Positions 1 to 10,832 of a stretch of DNA of 64,000 nt are shown in pieces. The position numbers and the translations under genes were made by a program. The first letter of the stretch is position 1. Every line of letters begins with the position of its first letter. This DNA is from Longimicrobiales bacterium (GTDB lineage: Bacteria; Gemmatimonadota; Gemmatimonadetes; Longimicrobiales; Gaopeijiaceae). The notes below the pieces were generated by a model that saw nothing but the letters and a program-made list of their open reading frames with translations, was not told where the DNA came from and did no database searches. The stretch spans positions 96,001 to 160,000 of the forward strand of contig CBDCNQ010000004.1 in the NCBI GenBank assembly GCA_965219445.1. The letters run 5' to 3'.

Positions 1-647
1 ATGGACTCGGGCCCCATCTCTTCCACGAGCTTGACAGCGTCATCGTCGAGATCATCGACATCGAAGTCGTCAAGGAGGGATTCAATGGCCACCTCAGGCG
101 AAAACTGGTTATTCAGGAACTCCTGGATGGCACTAGGAGAGGCCACCTGGAAAACGGTGGTCTTTCCCGTGCTGAATCCCAACGCACGCTCCGCTTCTAC
201 TTGAGTGGGGTCACACGTGGCGACGAGGAGGTGCCTATCGGTCTCGTAGAGGGGATAGACGTGGTGCCTTCGTGCGAGCGCTTCCGGCACGAGAAGAGGC
301 GCATTCGGGTCACGTGCCGTGAAGTCGGCCACCTCCAGCCGAAAATAGGTGGCCACCAACTCGCAAAGGCGCGAGTCCCCGATCTTGTACGCTCGGGTCA
401 CGGCCCGCCACGCTTCCTTCGCCTCCGTCTCCGGCGGAACGGACGGACTCTCTCCCTCGAGCCCTGCCCGTTCAGCAACGCGAGTCAGCCAATGGGTGGT
501 CGCGATACCGCCGACCGCGCTGGGCTTCACGTCCGTCTTCACGTCCGTCTTCACGTCCGTCTTCTCATTCGGCTTCGGCTGGGGCTTGGTCTTCGTCTTC
601 GAAGTCGAGGCTCGGGGGGGGGGGATCCACCGTCCCTCTCTTGGCAC
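1..647 (-). CDS. 5' part of a GspE/PilB-family type II secretion/type IV pilus ATPase (runs off the window start)
   Basis: Translated by hand (absent from ORF track): ...LVPEALARRHHVYPLYETDRHLLVATCDPTQVEAERALGFSTGKTTVFQVASPSAIQEFL..., typical of the T2SSE_N domain. Start codon uncertain (GTG at 647 used). Confidence 0.8.
   Translation of the reverse strand, partial: MPREGRWIPPPRASTSKTKTKPQPKPNEKTDVKTDVKTDVKPSAVGGIATTHWLTRVAERAGLEGESPSVPPETEAKEAWRAVTRAYKIGDSRLCELVATYFRLEVADFTARDPNAPLLVPEALARRHHVYPLYETDRHLLVATCDPTQVEAERALGFSTGKTTVFQVASPSAIQEFLNNQFSPEVAIESLLDDFDVDDLDDDAVKLVEEMGPES
525..564. repeat. 12-bp tandem repeat (CTTCACGTCCGT x3), encoding KTDV x3 on the minus strand
   Basis: Copies at 525-536, 537-548 and 549-560. 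Confidence 0.9.
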
Positions 648-680
648 CGGGTTTAGAATCGGTGGCGGTTTTTTCTCGAG

Positions 681-1583
681 TCACCGCATCACCTTCTTTC
701 TCTTGCTTCGCTTTTCCTCGTACATCGCTGCGTCGGCCCGCCTGAGCAACTCGTCGAGGTGCAAGGCACGATCACCATCGTTCCGGGCCAAACCGATGCT
801 AACGGAAAGCTGGAACCGTTCCCGCGTGGTCTCGTTCAGCTCCGTGAACTCCATCCTGAGTCGCTCGACGAGCGTCTCGGCGTTCTCCTCCGAGGTCTCG
901 AACGCTAGAACGGCAAACTCATCCCCGCTCATTCGGGCAACAATGTCGGACCGGCGGAACGTATCCCGAAGCGTGTCGGCCACACACAGCAGGGCTCGAT
1001 CACCGACATGGTGGCCAAGCGTGTCGTTAATGCTCTTGAAGCGGTCGATGTCGAGGTAGATGAGGGAGACCGGTCGAGAGGACCGGAGGGCAAGCTTGAG
1101 GTATTGCTCGCCGAGGTCATTGAATCCCCGCCGGTTGTACAAGTCCGTTAGGCCATCGATCAGCGACAAGCTCCGAAGCGCATCGAGTAGACGGTGACGC
1201 TCGATGGCGTAGCTCATGGAGCGAAGTAGGACCGCTGGGGCTGCCTCTTCCTTTCGCATGCAATCCTGAGCACCCCCCTGGACGGCACGGACCGCAAGAT
1301 CGTCCTCCCCCTCATTCGTCAGTACGATGACCGGAACGTTCGGGGCAAACGCGTACATGCGCTCGAAGCTCACGATGCCGTGGCTATCCGGCAGATCCGG
1401 GTCGAGGATCACGGCGTCCACTCCGCCGCTGGACAGCCGCTCCAACGCCCCAGCCAGTTCGCCCGCCTCAAGCAGCTCGGTGTCCCCATCCGCGCCCTGG
1501 AGATGCTCCCGAAGGGCGTCCAGATAGACGGGCTCAGCCTCTACCACAAGTAGCCTTGTGGGTCGGTGTGCAGAATCGCTCAT
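681..1583 (-). CDS. Response-regulator diguanylate cyclase (REC + GGDEF)
   Basis: N-terminal receiver (VILDPDLPD), DGLTDLYNRR, DIDRFKSINDTLGH, RRSD I-site, SGDEF active-site variant. Confidence 0.92.
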   Translation of the reverse strand: MSDSAHRPTRLLVVEAEPVYLDALREHLQGADGDTELLEAGELAGALERLSSGGVDAVILDPDLPDSHGIVSFERMYAFAPNVPVIVLTNEGEDDLAVRAVQGGAQDCMRKEEAAPAVLLRSMSYAIERHRLLDALRSLSLIDGLTDLYNRRGFNDLGEQYLKLALRSSRPVSLIYLDIDRFKSINDTLGHHVGDRALLCVADTLRDTFRRSDIVARMSGDEFAVLAFETSEENAETLVERLRMEFTELNETTRERFQLSVSIGLARNDGDRALHLDELLRRADAAMYEEKRSKRKKVMR

Positions 1584-2295
1584 CTGTAGAAGGCTGTTGA
1601 AGAAGTACAGTGGGCCGCGTTGCGGATGCCACGGCCCCAGACCCTAGGCGGAGCGACGACGCCATAGCCGTAGCTACGGTTAGGAGCTCCAACAACGGAG
1701 ATGGGGTCGGGCCACCGCAACCCTTCAACTTGTAAGGTCATGTCATTCATGGTCGTGGGCACAGGGCGGTTGTGCGGTTGATCCTGTGTCTCTCCTCCTC
1801 GCCGTAGCGCTGCTACGCCTCGTCGTCGTTCGTTCTTCGCCTTCGGCTCAGGTGCCGCGGAAACCATTGCTCGACGTCGTACACCACGTCCGCGACGTTG
1901 TCTGAACGCGCACAAGCGCCCTGTGCGCGACCCGCTGTACTCCTTCAACAGCCTTCATAGGACCAACTCGCGGCTTCGCGTCCCCGCTGAGGACGCACCT
2001 ATGAAGACGACATTCGACCCAACTTCACGGTCCCTATGGGGTTGCCCATCGGGGGGGGAAATTGGACCACGACAGCTAAGCCAAACATAGGAGAACCCTG
2101 ACACGCGCGCCAAGGTTATTCTTGTGGGGAGCCCGGTGGGAAGCACATCCCCTGCCTTCTCTTCGATCGATTCACCGCATGTCCTTGAGAAGTGTATTGA
2201 ACGCGGCTATCTCGAGGCAGAATCTGGACAACGACATGTATTCTTCAGGTAGGTGGGCCGGTGATACGGTGAGGCCCAGTTTGGGGACACCTCAG

Positions 2296-2682
2296 ATGAG
2301 GCGTCTGCTGGTCCTTTTCTTGACCGTGGCCCTGCCCATGACCGGATGCCTGGCCTCTCCACCCGTGGCTCCGTTTCAAGTCACGCTCCGCCTGTCACCG
2401 ACTCCCGCGCTGATCGGTCCGACTCGCCTCATCATCGACGTGGCGGACGTTGCAGGCGATCCGGCTACGAACGTTGTGGTGTCCGTTGAGGGCCTCCCGG
2501 AGGAGCGCACCAATAGGAGGGCCACAATGAGGATGGCCACAGAGGAGGGCGCCGGCCGTTATGTCGTGCCTGACTTCGATTTGGACGTCGGAGGCCCCTG
2601 GACGATCGCCGTCACGGTCACCGACAGCACCGGCGTTTCGATAACCAGAGCCTTTCCCATCTCCGTGTTCGGAGGGTCATAG
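2296..2682 (+). CDS. FixH/YtkA-like exported (lipo)protein
   Basis: Signal peptide ending MTGC; Ig-like pattern EEGAGRYVV...GPWTIAVTV. Confidence 0.6.
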   Translation: MRRLLVLFLTVALPMTGCLASPPVAPFQVTLRLSPTPALIGPTRLIIDVADVAGDPATNVVVSVEGLPEERTNRRATMRMATEEGAGRYVVPDFDLDVGGPWTIAVTVTDSTGVSITRAFPISVFGGS

Positions 2683-2762
2683 ACCGGGCACGCTTCCTGC
2701 AATCCTTTGAGGCCTCTATCTTGGCGCGGCATGCCGACCCCAACCGGAGCGATTCCAGGACG

Positions 2763-3707
2763 ATGTCCATCGAGGAAGCCCTTCTCGAGCTCGATGAGCG
2801 CCTCGGTCCAAGAAGGATGGAGGTCGATGTTCCACTCGCACCGCTGACTACGTTTCGCGTCGGTGGCCCGGCCGACAGACTCTTTCACGCCCGTACACCG
2901 GACGATCTGACCGAATCCATCTTGGCGGCTCGGGAAGTCGGTATCCCCCACTTCCTGCTCGGTAAGGGTGCCAACGTGCTCGTCGGGGATCGAGGCTTTC
3001 GCGGCCTGGTGATCCGCTGCGAGGTAGGCGGCACGGACTTCTTCGAAAACGGCCGCGTCCGGGCGGGGGCGGGTGTGGAGACTCATCCCGACCTCATCGA
3101 AGCGACCGTATCTCGCGGACTCGGTGGCCTACACCACTTCGTCGGGATTCCGAGCACCGTGGGTGGTGCGATGTGGCAGAACCTGCACTTTCTCTCACCC
3201 GCGCCGAAGAGAGCGCGCACCGTCTTCCTCGAAGAGGTGGTCGAATCCGCCGAGATCCTTTCGGAGGAGGGAGAGCGCCGCACGGTGGATCGGGACTACT
3301 TCCGGTTCGGCTACGACTACAGCATTCTGCACGAGAGGGATGACGTCGTCCTCACGGTGGAGTTCCAGTTGACCCCTGCTCCCTCCGAGGAATTGCGCCG
3401 GGTGATGGAGGAAAACCTCATTTGGCGGAAGGATCGCCATCCGGACCTGACCGTGTCCCCAAGCGCGGGCTCGATCTTCCAGAAGATCGAGGGGATCGGC
3501 GCCGGACGGCTCATCGACGAATGCGGCCTCAAGGGGCACATCGAGGGAGGCGCCCAGATCTTCCTGAAGCACGCCAACATCATCATAAACCGCGGGAACG
3601 CGACCGCTTCGGACATCCGCGCCCTCATCGACCTCGCTCAGACGCGGGTCGCCGACGAGCTCGGATACGAATTAGTGCCCGAGATCACCTTCGTGGGGGA
3701 CTTCTAG
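2763..3707 (+). CDS. murB: UDP-N-acetylenolpyruvoylglucosamine reductase
   Basis: LAPLTTFRVGGPAD, GKGANVLVGD, GIPSTVGGA, PSAGSIF, KHANIIINRG. Confidence 0.93.
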   Translation: MSIEEALLELDERLGPRRMEVDVPLAPLTTFRVGGPADRLFHARTPDDLTESILAAREVGIPHFLLGKGANVLVGDRGFRGLVIRCEVGGTDFFENGRVRAGAGVETHPDLIEATVSRGLGGLHHFVGIPSTVGGAMWQNLHFLSPAPKRARTVFLEEVVESAEILSEEGERRTVDRDYFRFGYDYSILHERDDVVLTVEFQLTPAPSEELRRVMEENLIWRKDRHPDLTVSPSAGSIFQKIEGIGAGRLIDECGLKGHIEGGAQIFLKHANIIINRGNATASDIRALIDLAQTRVADELGYELVPEITFVGDF

Positions 3708-4379
3708 TCAGTTCGCCACACCTGCGATCTGCCGAAGTAGAGTCGGATCGAGCTCGTGGCCCCCGGCGTGCGTGAGGGTCTTGAAGGGGATCCCCAGCTC
3801 TTCGAGTCGTGCCTCCTGGGAGGCGTGAGCCTCTTCGGAGACGTATTGATCAACAAGTCCCCGTACCAGAATGAGCTCGGCCGATCCCAACCGGTCGGGC
3901 CCTCGGTCTGGATCCAAGTCGTCGGGAAGATAGGCTCCCCAAAGGACGAGCCGCTCTACGGCGGTATCTCCCGCCACCACCCACCGACACGCGGTGTGGG
4001 CACCCTGTGAGAACCCCAACACCGTGAGGCGCGTGACCTCTCCGCCCGACTCTTCGGATATTTCGTCGAGAACCGCGTTGAGAAGCCCTACATAATCCGT
4101 GATCTCGTTCTCCCGATCCTCTCGCGTCATCCATGTGGCGCCGATCGGGACTTCCTTGCCGTGGCTACCCTCGGAATCACGCAGGTAAAAGCGGGAGAGA
4201 CCCTCGGGCGCCACGATCAGCCGCGTTCCATCGTCCAGATCGGAGAAGCGAGACAGAAAGCGCCGTGCCAGTTGCCGATACCCATGGCATACGAGCCAGA
4301 TTTCTCCTAGACGTGGGCCGACCGAACCAAGAGTGTAATAGCGCGCCGTTCGGGCAACCCGGACGTGCCGCTCCCTCAC
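3708..4379 (-). CDS. Phospholipase/carboxylesterase-family alpha/beta hydrolase
   Basis: HGY oxyanion motif, GFSQG nucleophile, D and GGHE; GTG start overlaps the rfbC stop. Confidence 0.85.
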   Translation of the reverse strand: MRERHVRVARTARYYTLGSVGPRLGEIWLVCHGYRQLARRFLSRFSDLDDGTRLIVAPEGLSRFYLRDSEGSHGKEVPIGATWMTREDRENEITDYVGLLNAVLDEISEESGGEVTRLTVLGFSQGAHTACRWVVAGDTAVERLVLWGAYLPDDLDPDRGPDRLGSAELILVRGLVDQYVSEEAHASQEARLEELGIPFKTLTHAGGHELDPTLLRQIAGVAN

Positions 4380-4936
4380 TGGCCGTATTGGAACGGGCTG
4401 ATCAGGGGATCGAGACCCGGTAGCGAGAGGTCCCTCTCGGACAGGGTAGGATTTTCCATGGGCCACGGAATCCCAACCACCGGATCGTCCCAAGCGATCC
4501 CCCCGTCGAGCGCGGCGTCGAATTCGTTCGTGACCTTGTAGACCAAGTCGGCCTGGTCACTGAGGCACAGGTATCCGTGAGCGAAGCCCACGGGAATGTA
4601 CAAGATCACCCCGTCTTCTCCCGAGAGAGCTCCGCCGGCCCACTGACCAAAGGTGGGGGAGCCCACACGGAGGTCCACCGCGACGTCGAATACGTCTCCT
4701 TGCACGACCCGAACGAGTTTCGCCTGCGCCCGGGGGGGTGCCTGATAGTGTAGTCCGCGGAGCACACCACGAGTTGAACGGGCATGATTGTCCTGATGGA
4801 ACGCTTCCCGGATCCCCGCCTCTTCGAACGCGGAGGCGCGGTAGGTCTCCGAGAAGAAGCCTCGGTGATCACCGTGACGGGAGGGAGTGATTCGGATCAC
4901 GTCCGGGATGGCGAGAGGCTCGAAATGGAAGGACAT
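4376..4936 (-). CDS. rfbC: dTDP-4-dehydrorhamnose 3,5-epimerase
   Basis: DHRGFFSE, QDNHARS, GVLRGLHYQ, DVAVDLR, GFAHGY. Confidence 0.96.
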   Translation of the reverse strand: MSFHFEPLAIPDVIRITPSRHGDHRGFFSETYRASAFEEAGIREAFHQDNHARSTRGVLRGLHYQAPPRAQAKLVRVVQGDVFDVAVDLRVGSPTFGQWAGGALSGEDGVILYIPVGFAHGYLCLSDQADLVYKVTNEFDAALDGGIAWDDPVVGIPWPMENPTLSERDLSLPGLDPLISPFQYGQ

Positions 4937-5095
4937 AGAACTGTAGGCTGGACGCGGTCGCGGTATTAGTGTCGAAGTAGGAGCCTCGAGCCATGTGCAC
5001 GAGCGAACTCCGCCGAAAGTTCATTGCGGGCCGCTCAGCCGGCAACCGTGAGGCGGACTGCGGCCTCGATTCCGCATCCGTTTGGAGAGAAAGCC

Positions 5096-7562
5096 ATGAC
5101 GAACGTCGCTCCGGGGATCAGGCCCGGCATTCGGTGGGCGGTCCTCTTCGGGCTGGTCCTCTTCGGGTCACTCGCACCACGGACTGTCTGGTCCCAGACC
5201 CCTGACTCCCTGGCCCAGGACTCGCAGACCCCAGCCTCGCTGGCTCCTCCGCCGAGCGCGGCGAAGGCAAACCCCTTCGCCGGATTCGAGACACACTACC
5301 TGTCGAACGGACTGAAGGTTTGGTTCAAGCGACTGCCGGAGGCTCCCAACGTCTCTATCAGCGTCGGTGTGCCGTATGGATGGGATGCGGATCCTCGCCG
5401 AAAAGAGGAGCTCGCACACCTCACTGAGCACATCCTCTTCTCCGATCATGAAGGACGCTCCGAGGAGGAAATCAAAGACGCGATCGACGCCATCGGGGGC
5501 CGAAGCAACGGATTCACGACCCCCGACCACACCTGGTACTACGTGACCGTTGCGAAGGAGCACGGGGGGTTCGCTCTGGAATGGCTGTCTCGAATCGTGT
5601 CCCCGCACACGGTGGATGCCGACGTATTGGAAAGGAATCGCGTCCCGGTGGCGCTGGAGATCGACGCACAGCCGCGTGAGTTCTTCGAGAGCGTCTGGGC
5701 GCTGCTCAATCCCGCTTGGCTCGTCCCCTCTGATTTCTGGGAGCGTGAGTTCGGCATGGAGACCCGAAATGCTCGCCAATACGATCGCTGGGCCAGCCTC
5801 CAACGCATCACGCCGGAGGACGTCGCCGATTTCTACGACCGCCATTACGTGCCGGAAGCGATGACGCTCACCGTGATCGGGGACCTGGACCCGATCGAGG
5901 TCCTGGCGATCTCGGAGCGCACATTGGGGTCCCTCGTCAAGAGACCCGTGCCCCCCGAGGGACGTGACCGTAGAAGACCCCGCCCGACGGCGGGCCACTT
6001 CCTACTGGGGCTTCGGCCCCAACGTGCGATACACGGCTCGGTACAAGCTCTTCAACAGTGATGCCGAAGATGACTTGATGCTGATGTTCGTTCGGGATCT
6101 GCTGAGGCGTCGCCTGAATCAGCGCCTTCGGTACGGAGAACAGAAGGCGGTGTACGGACTACAGGTTGCCACGAGGCAGAGAGGGCCCGGCGGATTCCTG
6201 GAAATTGAAGGCTCCATCGCGGAGAACGAATACGACTTCGCCCAGGCGGTCATCCAGAACGAAATCGCAGCACTCGTGGGGGGGACGCTGCCGCCCGAGG
6301 AATTCGAGGCGGACCGAACGGCCCTCGTCGAACGGCTTCGGGGGGAAAACTCGACGGCACAATCCCTCAACTTCTGGGTGCTTCGCAGCTTCTACGATCC
6401 CTCCAAGCATGCGGACTTCCCGGATCTGCTTTCCTTCTTCGCGGGTGTGACCCAAGACCAGGTGGCAGCGTTCGCCGCCCGCACCTTCGTGCCTGAGCGA
6501 GAAGTCAGGACGCTCATCGACGTGCAGCCCATGAGCCAAGGGATGCTTGCCATCGCCGCCCTCGTGCTTGTGCTCCTCACGGTTCGGGCGGTCGCCTGGA
6601 CACTCACGCGCCCGGTGACGATGACCGGGATCCTCTATGTGGCCCGGTTCCGTTTGCCCGTTCTGCTCATGATCGCCGCGGTGGCCGTCTTCGGTGGTGC
6701 CGGATTGATCATGGGTCGGCTGATCGTGTTCGTTGTTCAGTCCTTGGCACTCGCCTACCTCGTGACCATCGACGAATACGGCGTCCAAATGATGCTCTAT
6801 GGAGCCATGCTCAGCGCGGCCGTCATGCTCTCCATCCTCTATCTCTCGCAGTTCCCCCGTAAGATTATCGTGTTTCCGGACTATCTCCTCATCAAATTCC
6901 TAGCCTATCGGTCTCGCAAGTTTAAGCCCGGCGACTTTCTAGAAATTTCGACACGCCGAGGTTACCAGGTATGGTTCAGGAAAGACCTGTTCCGGTGCGT
7001 ACCGCTCGCGTGGGGCCTGGTCGGCCCGGGAATCTACCTGCGGCCAACCAAGGGAAGAACCTACTTTTTCCGCACGAGAGACACCGGGGAGCTGATCGAC
7101 GTGCTGGGCGGTTGGCGGGGAGCGTCGGTGTCACCGGCCGCTCGCAAGAAGAAGCCCGCGGATTTCGCCAGAGACCCCTTCCAGGAGGCGATGGACACGT
7201 CGGATTGGATCTCTTCGATCGCCCCGGACACGCCCCCGAAAAACGAGGCGTCATCGGCTTCCATCGCTTCTGACCCGCTCCCGGAACTTGAGGGGTCGTC
7301 GGCGTCGATCACTCTGGACCCGCTCCCAGAGATCGAGGAGCCATCGGCTTCGATTGCTTCGGACCCGCTCCCCGAACTTGAGGGGTCATCGGCGTCGATC
7401 GCCCGGGATCTGCTCCTGGGGGACGAGGGAGAGGGAGAGGGAGAGGGAGAGGGAGAGGGAGAGGGAGAGGCGACTGAGCACGACAACGACGGGATGGACG
7501 AAGGCGAAATCAAAGACCTGCTCGGCGATTCCTACAAGTCCCACGTGGAGAAAAAATTCTGA
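5096..7562 (+). pseudogene. M16 (insulinase-family) zinc peptidase with C-terminal membrane domain and acidic tail, split by a +1 frameshift (real or assembly error)
   Basis: Signal peptide, HLTEH inverted zinc motif, NGFT, FYDRHYVPEAMTLTVIGD. ORFs 5024..6061 and 5964..7562 join if one C is removed from C6 at 5951-5956. Confidence 0.8.
7254..7469 (+). repeat. 45-bp tandem repeat (~3.5 copies, SASIASDPLPELEGS-like) followed by (GAGGGA)x7
   Basis: Units start at 7254, 7299, 7344 and 7389; hexamer run 7425-7466 encodes (EG)7. Confidence 0.9.
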
Positions 7563-7588
7563 GGGACTAGAAGGGTGATGAGGATCTG

Positions 7589-8947
7589 CTAGAGTTGAAT
7601 GTGCGTCAGATCTCTCCCGAATCGGATGCGCACCCGAATGAGCAGAAACAGGGCCACGGCAGCCAGTCCCGCAGCCATCCCCCACCAGAGGCCCAGCGGC
7701 CCGAGCCCTCTCGCAAAGGCCAAATAGATGCTGATGGGAAGCCCGATTAGCCAGAATCCGACCAGGTTGATGAACATCGGTGCGAACGTATCGCCGACTC
7801 CTCTGAGAACGCCCGACCCCACGGCCTGGAGTCCGTCGAAGATCTGGAAAATTCCAGCCACCGGAATGAGCGTGGCGGCGAGCGCCCAAACCTCCAGGTC
7901 CGGCGTGTAGAGGCGCGCCAAAAGACCCGGAATCGACAGGAACACGACTCCAGTCAAAGCCATCAGCGTCCCCACGACCAGCAGACCCGCCCCGGCCGAA
8001 CGCCTCGCCCGCCGCGGGTCCCCAGAACCCACCGCCTGCCCGACGAGGACCGTGGTCGCCTGGGTCACGCCAAGCGCCATCATGAAGGTGACGCTCGCCA
8101 AGTTGATCGCGACCTGGTGACTCGCCATCGGTATGGTCCCGAGAAGTCCCATCAGAATGCCGATCACACCAAAGACCCCGAATTCCAGGAAAAACTGAAT
8201 CCCGATGGGAACCCCGAGCCGGCACATGCTGAGGAGCGGCTCGAGATCGAGCGCTTCGGTCCGAAGGGGCCGCAAATAAGGTCTGATGAGCGGCCAAGCG
8301 ATGCCCGACAACGCAAAGAGCATGAACCATCGGCTGAGTGTCGTCGCCCAGCCGGATCCGACGGCACCCAAGGCGGGAGCGCCCAGGTTCCCGAAGATGA
8401 GCACCCAGTTGAAGAAGACGTTGGCGAGGTTCGCTAGAAGGACTACGACGACGATCGGCGCCACCCGACCCATCGATTGGAGACTCTGCCTAAGCACGAC
8501 GAAACAGTAGAAGGGCAGCACGCCTGGTATGGACACCAACGCATAGTCCGCGGCCACCGGGATTACGTCCGCCGGCTGGCGTAGAAAGGTCAGTAACGGA
8601 CGTCCGGGCGTCAAAAGGAGCGAGCTGAGCACCGTGAGGCCAACCGCGATCACGAAGCCCCGTTGAAACGCCCGCGCGATCCCGGAACGATCGCCGGCGC
8701 CGAAGGCCTGAGAAACGAGGGGATCCAAGGCAAACAACGTGCCCAGCCCGAAGCTCGTCGTCATGAAGAAGTAGAGGTTCCCGAGGGCTACCGAGGCGAG
8801 ATCCCTCGGTGAAACGTGCCCCACCATGACCGTATCCACGGCCCCCATGAGGATGAAGCCCACCTGGACGGTAGCCACGGGCAATGCCAAGCGGAGCAGT
8901 GAGGCGATGTGGTCCCGCGAGGGAACCATTTGGCGAATGACACGCAT
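7589..8947 (-). CDS. MATE-family multidrug efflux transporter (NorM-like)
   Basis: About 12 TM segments, [41 protein letters not shown]. Start uncertain. Confidence 0.93.
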   Translation of the reverse strand: MRVIRQMVPSRDHIASLLRLALPVATVQVGFILMGAVDTVMVGHVSPRDLASVALGNLYFFMTTSFGLGTLFALDPLVSQAFGAGDRSGIARAFQRGFVIAVGLTVLSSLLLTPGRPLLTFLRQPADVIPVAADYALVSIPGVLPFYCFVVLRQSLQSMGRVAPIVVVVLLANLANVFFNWVLIFGNLGAPALGAVGSGWATTLSRWFMLFALSGIAWPLIRPYLRPLRTEALDLEPLLSMCRLGVPIGIQFFLEFGVFGVIGILMGLLGTIPMASHQVAINLASVTFMMALGVTQATTVLVGQAVGSGDPRRARRSAGAGLLVVGTLMALTGVVFLSIPGLLARLYTPDLEVWALAATLIPVAGIFQIFDGLQAVGSGVLRGVGDTFAPMFINLVGFWLIGLPISIYLAFARGLGPLGLWWGMAAGLAAVALFLLIRVRIRFGRDLTHIQL

Positions 8948-9058
8948 GGGCGCAAAACGATTATCGTGGTACACAAGAGGACCGCGCCGGGCCCCGGGGG
9001 GTCCGGCGCGGCATGGAAGCATAATACAGACCTCGTAGCCCCGGGAGCGCATCACAAC

Positions 9059-9541
9059 ATGGCTGGATCCGCCGGATCACCAGAGACATCCCTCCGCCGA
9101 CTGTGGAAGAGACTTTCGGGCCTCCCGGGCGGAAAGTGGATGTTCAGCCAGGCCATGCGTTTCATGGTTCCCTACAGCGCCACGATCCGAGCACGTGTTG
9201 AAGTGCTCGAGCCTGGGTACGCCCGTCTGTCCCTTCGGGATCGCCGCCGGGTTCGGAACCACCTTCGGTCCGTGCACGCCGTGGCACTCGTCAACTTCGG
9301 TGAACTGACGAGCGGCCTCGCAATGCTTTTGGGCCTACCGCCCAGTGTCCGCGGCATCGTGACCGAAATATCCACGGACTTCGTGAAGAAGGCGCGAGGC
9401 CGTCTCATAGCCGAGTGCAGGTGTAACCCTCCGGCCGTATTGGAGCCTACCGATTACAGGGTGACGGCCGAGATCCGGGATCACACTGAAGACGTCGTGG
9501 CGCGTGTGGCGGTATTGTGGCGGCTGGGGCCCAAGCCATGA
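9059..9541 (+). CDS. Hotdog-fold thioesterase (PaaI/DUF4442-like)
   Basis: [20 protein letters not shown]. Confidence 0.85.
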   Translation: MAGSAGSPETSLRRLWKRLSGLPGGKWMFSQAMRFMVPYSATIRARVEVLEPGYARLSLRDRRRVRNHLRSVHAVALVNFGELTSGLAMLLGLPPSVRGIVTEISTDFVKKARGRLIAECRCNPPAVLEPTDYRVTAEIRDHTEDVVARVAVLWRLGPKP

Positions 9542-9605
9542 CCGGACACCGACTTTGACGGCTCATGAGGCGTGAGGGGCCACGAGGCGTGACCGAGCGC
9601 TCGCC

Positions 9606-10640
9606 ATGACGGATCAAGGGTCCACGTCCTTCCTGCCGACGCCGCTCACTTTGGACGCGGGGGTCGCCGTTCCCATCGTGTGTGGCGCCATGTACCCCTG
9701 TTCCAACCCCGAGCTCGTCGGGGCGGCCTCACAGGCGGGCGCTCTCGGCGTGCTCCAGCCGATCTCTCTTACGTACGTCCACGGGTACGAATTCCGGGCC
9801 GGCATCCGCAAGATCCGTTCCCTCACGGACCGACCGATCGGCATGAACGCGCTCATCGAGCAGTCCTCGAAGCTGTACCGGCGGCGGATGGAGGAGTGGA
9901 TCGATACTGCACTCGAGGAGGGTGTGCGGTTCTTCGTGACCTCATTGGGCAAGCCGGACTGGGTGGTCCAACAGGTCCAGCCGGTAGGCGGTCGCGTCTA
10001 TCATGACGTCACCGAGCGCAAGTGGGCGCAGAAAGGGGTCGACGGTGGAGTCCATGGCCTCATCGCCGTCAACAGCCGGGCGGGTGGACACGCCGGGCCG
10101 CTCGACGCCCGGGCCCTCCTGGATGATGTCGGCGACCTCGGGTTGCCGGTGGTGTGCGCGGGTGGCGTTGGGCGGGAGGAGGAGTTCGTCGCTGCCCTGC
10201 GAATGGGATACGCCGGCGTTCAAATGGGTACGCGCTTCATCGCGACCACGGAGTGCTCCGCGAGTCCCGAATACAAGCAGACCATCATAGACGCTGAAGA
10301 GGAGGACATCGTGCACAGCGAGCGTCTCACCGGCGTGCCGGTAGCAGTGATCAACACTCCCTCGGTCCAGAAGCTGGGTCTGAATGCCGGGCCCCTGGCC
10401 CGCTGGATGCTTCGAGGGCGGCGCACCAAGCACTGGATGCGCACGATCTACGCCCTGAAGTCCCTCTGGCAACTTCGCCGGTCTCTTCACGCGAAGAGCG
10501 CTCGAGGGGACTACTGGCAGGCCGGTAAGAGTGTGGCCGGAATTCGGAGCGTAGAGCCCGTCGCCTCCATCGTCCGCCGCTTCTCCGAAGCGGCTCGCTC
10601 CGCTGGGATCACAGCCATCGATGAACGGCCGACCGAGTAA
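9606..10640 (+). CDS. Nitronate monooxygenase / FabK-like flavoprotein
   Basis: AGGHAG, VVCAGGVG, GVQMGTRFIATTEC. Confidence 0.9.
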   Translation: MTDQGSTSFLPTPLTLDAGVAVPIVCGAMYPCSNPELVGAASQAGALGVLQPISLTYVHGYEFRAGIRKIRSLTDRPIGMNALIEQSSKLYRRRMEEWIDTALEEGVRFFVTSLGKPDWVVQQVQPVGGRVYHDVTERKWAQKGVDGGVHGLIAVNSRAGGHAGPLDARALLDDVGDLGLPVVCAGGVGREEEFVAALRMGYAGVQMGTRFIATTECSASPEYKQTIIDAEEEDIVHSERLTGVPVAVINTPSVQKLGLNAGPLARWMLRGRRTKHWMRTIYALKSLWQLRRSLHAKSARGDYWQAGKSVAGIRSVEPVASIVRRFSEAARSAGITAIDERPTE

Positions 10641-10832
10641 GCGGTAGGGCCGCTACGCCAGAGGCCGAAATAATTGCTAACGGTGTCCTCGGCGATAGCT
10701 TACCCTTGGAAAAGGGGGAGGAGGCCTCGCTCCTGCTCGCGCTGCCGTCGCGAGACTCCGACACCAGACCAAACCGGCGCCCTATGCCTTGGAACCAGCA
10801 CCAGAGACGTTGAGGAGGTCACGATTACAAGC

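Noticed and set aside
1900..1935. Possible c-di-GMP-I riboswitch upstream of the REC-GGDEF gene (minus strand GGTCGCGCACAGGGC)
   Set aside because: Only a simple hairpin; the GCAAA/GNRA-loop and second-stem elements are not present.
1580..2146. Short ORFs 1580..1948 and 1955..2146
   Set aside because: No recognisable motifs and atypical composition; treated as a divergent intergenic region.
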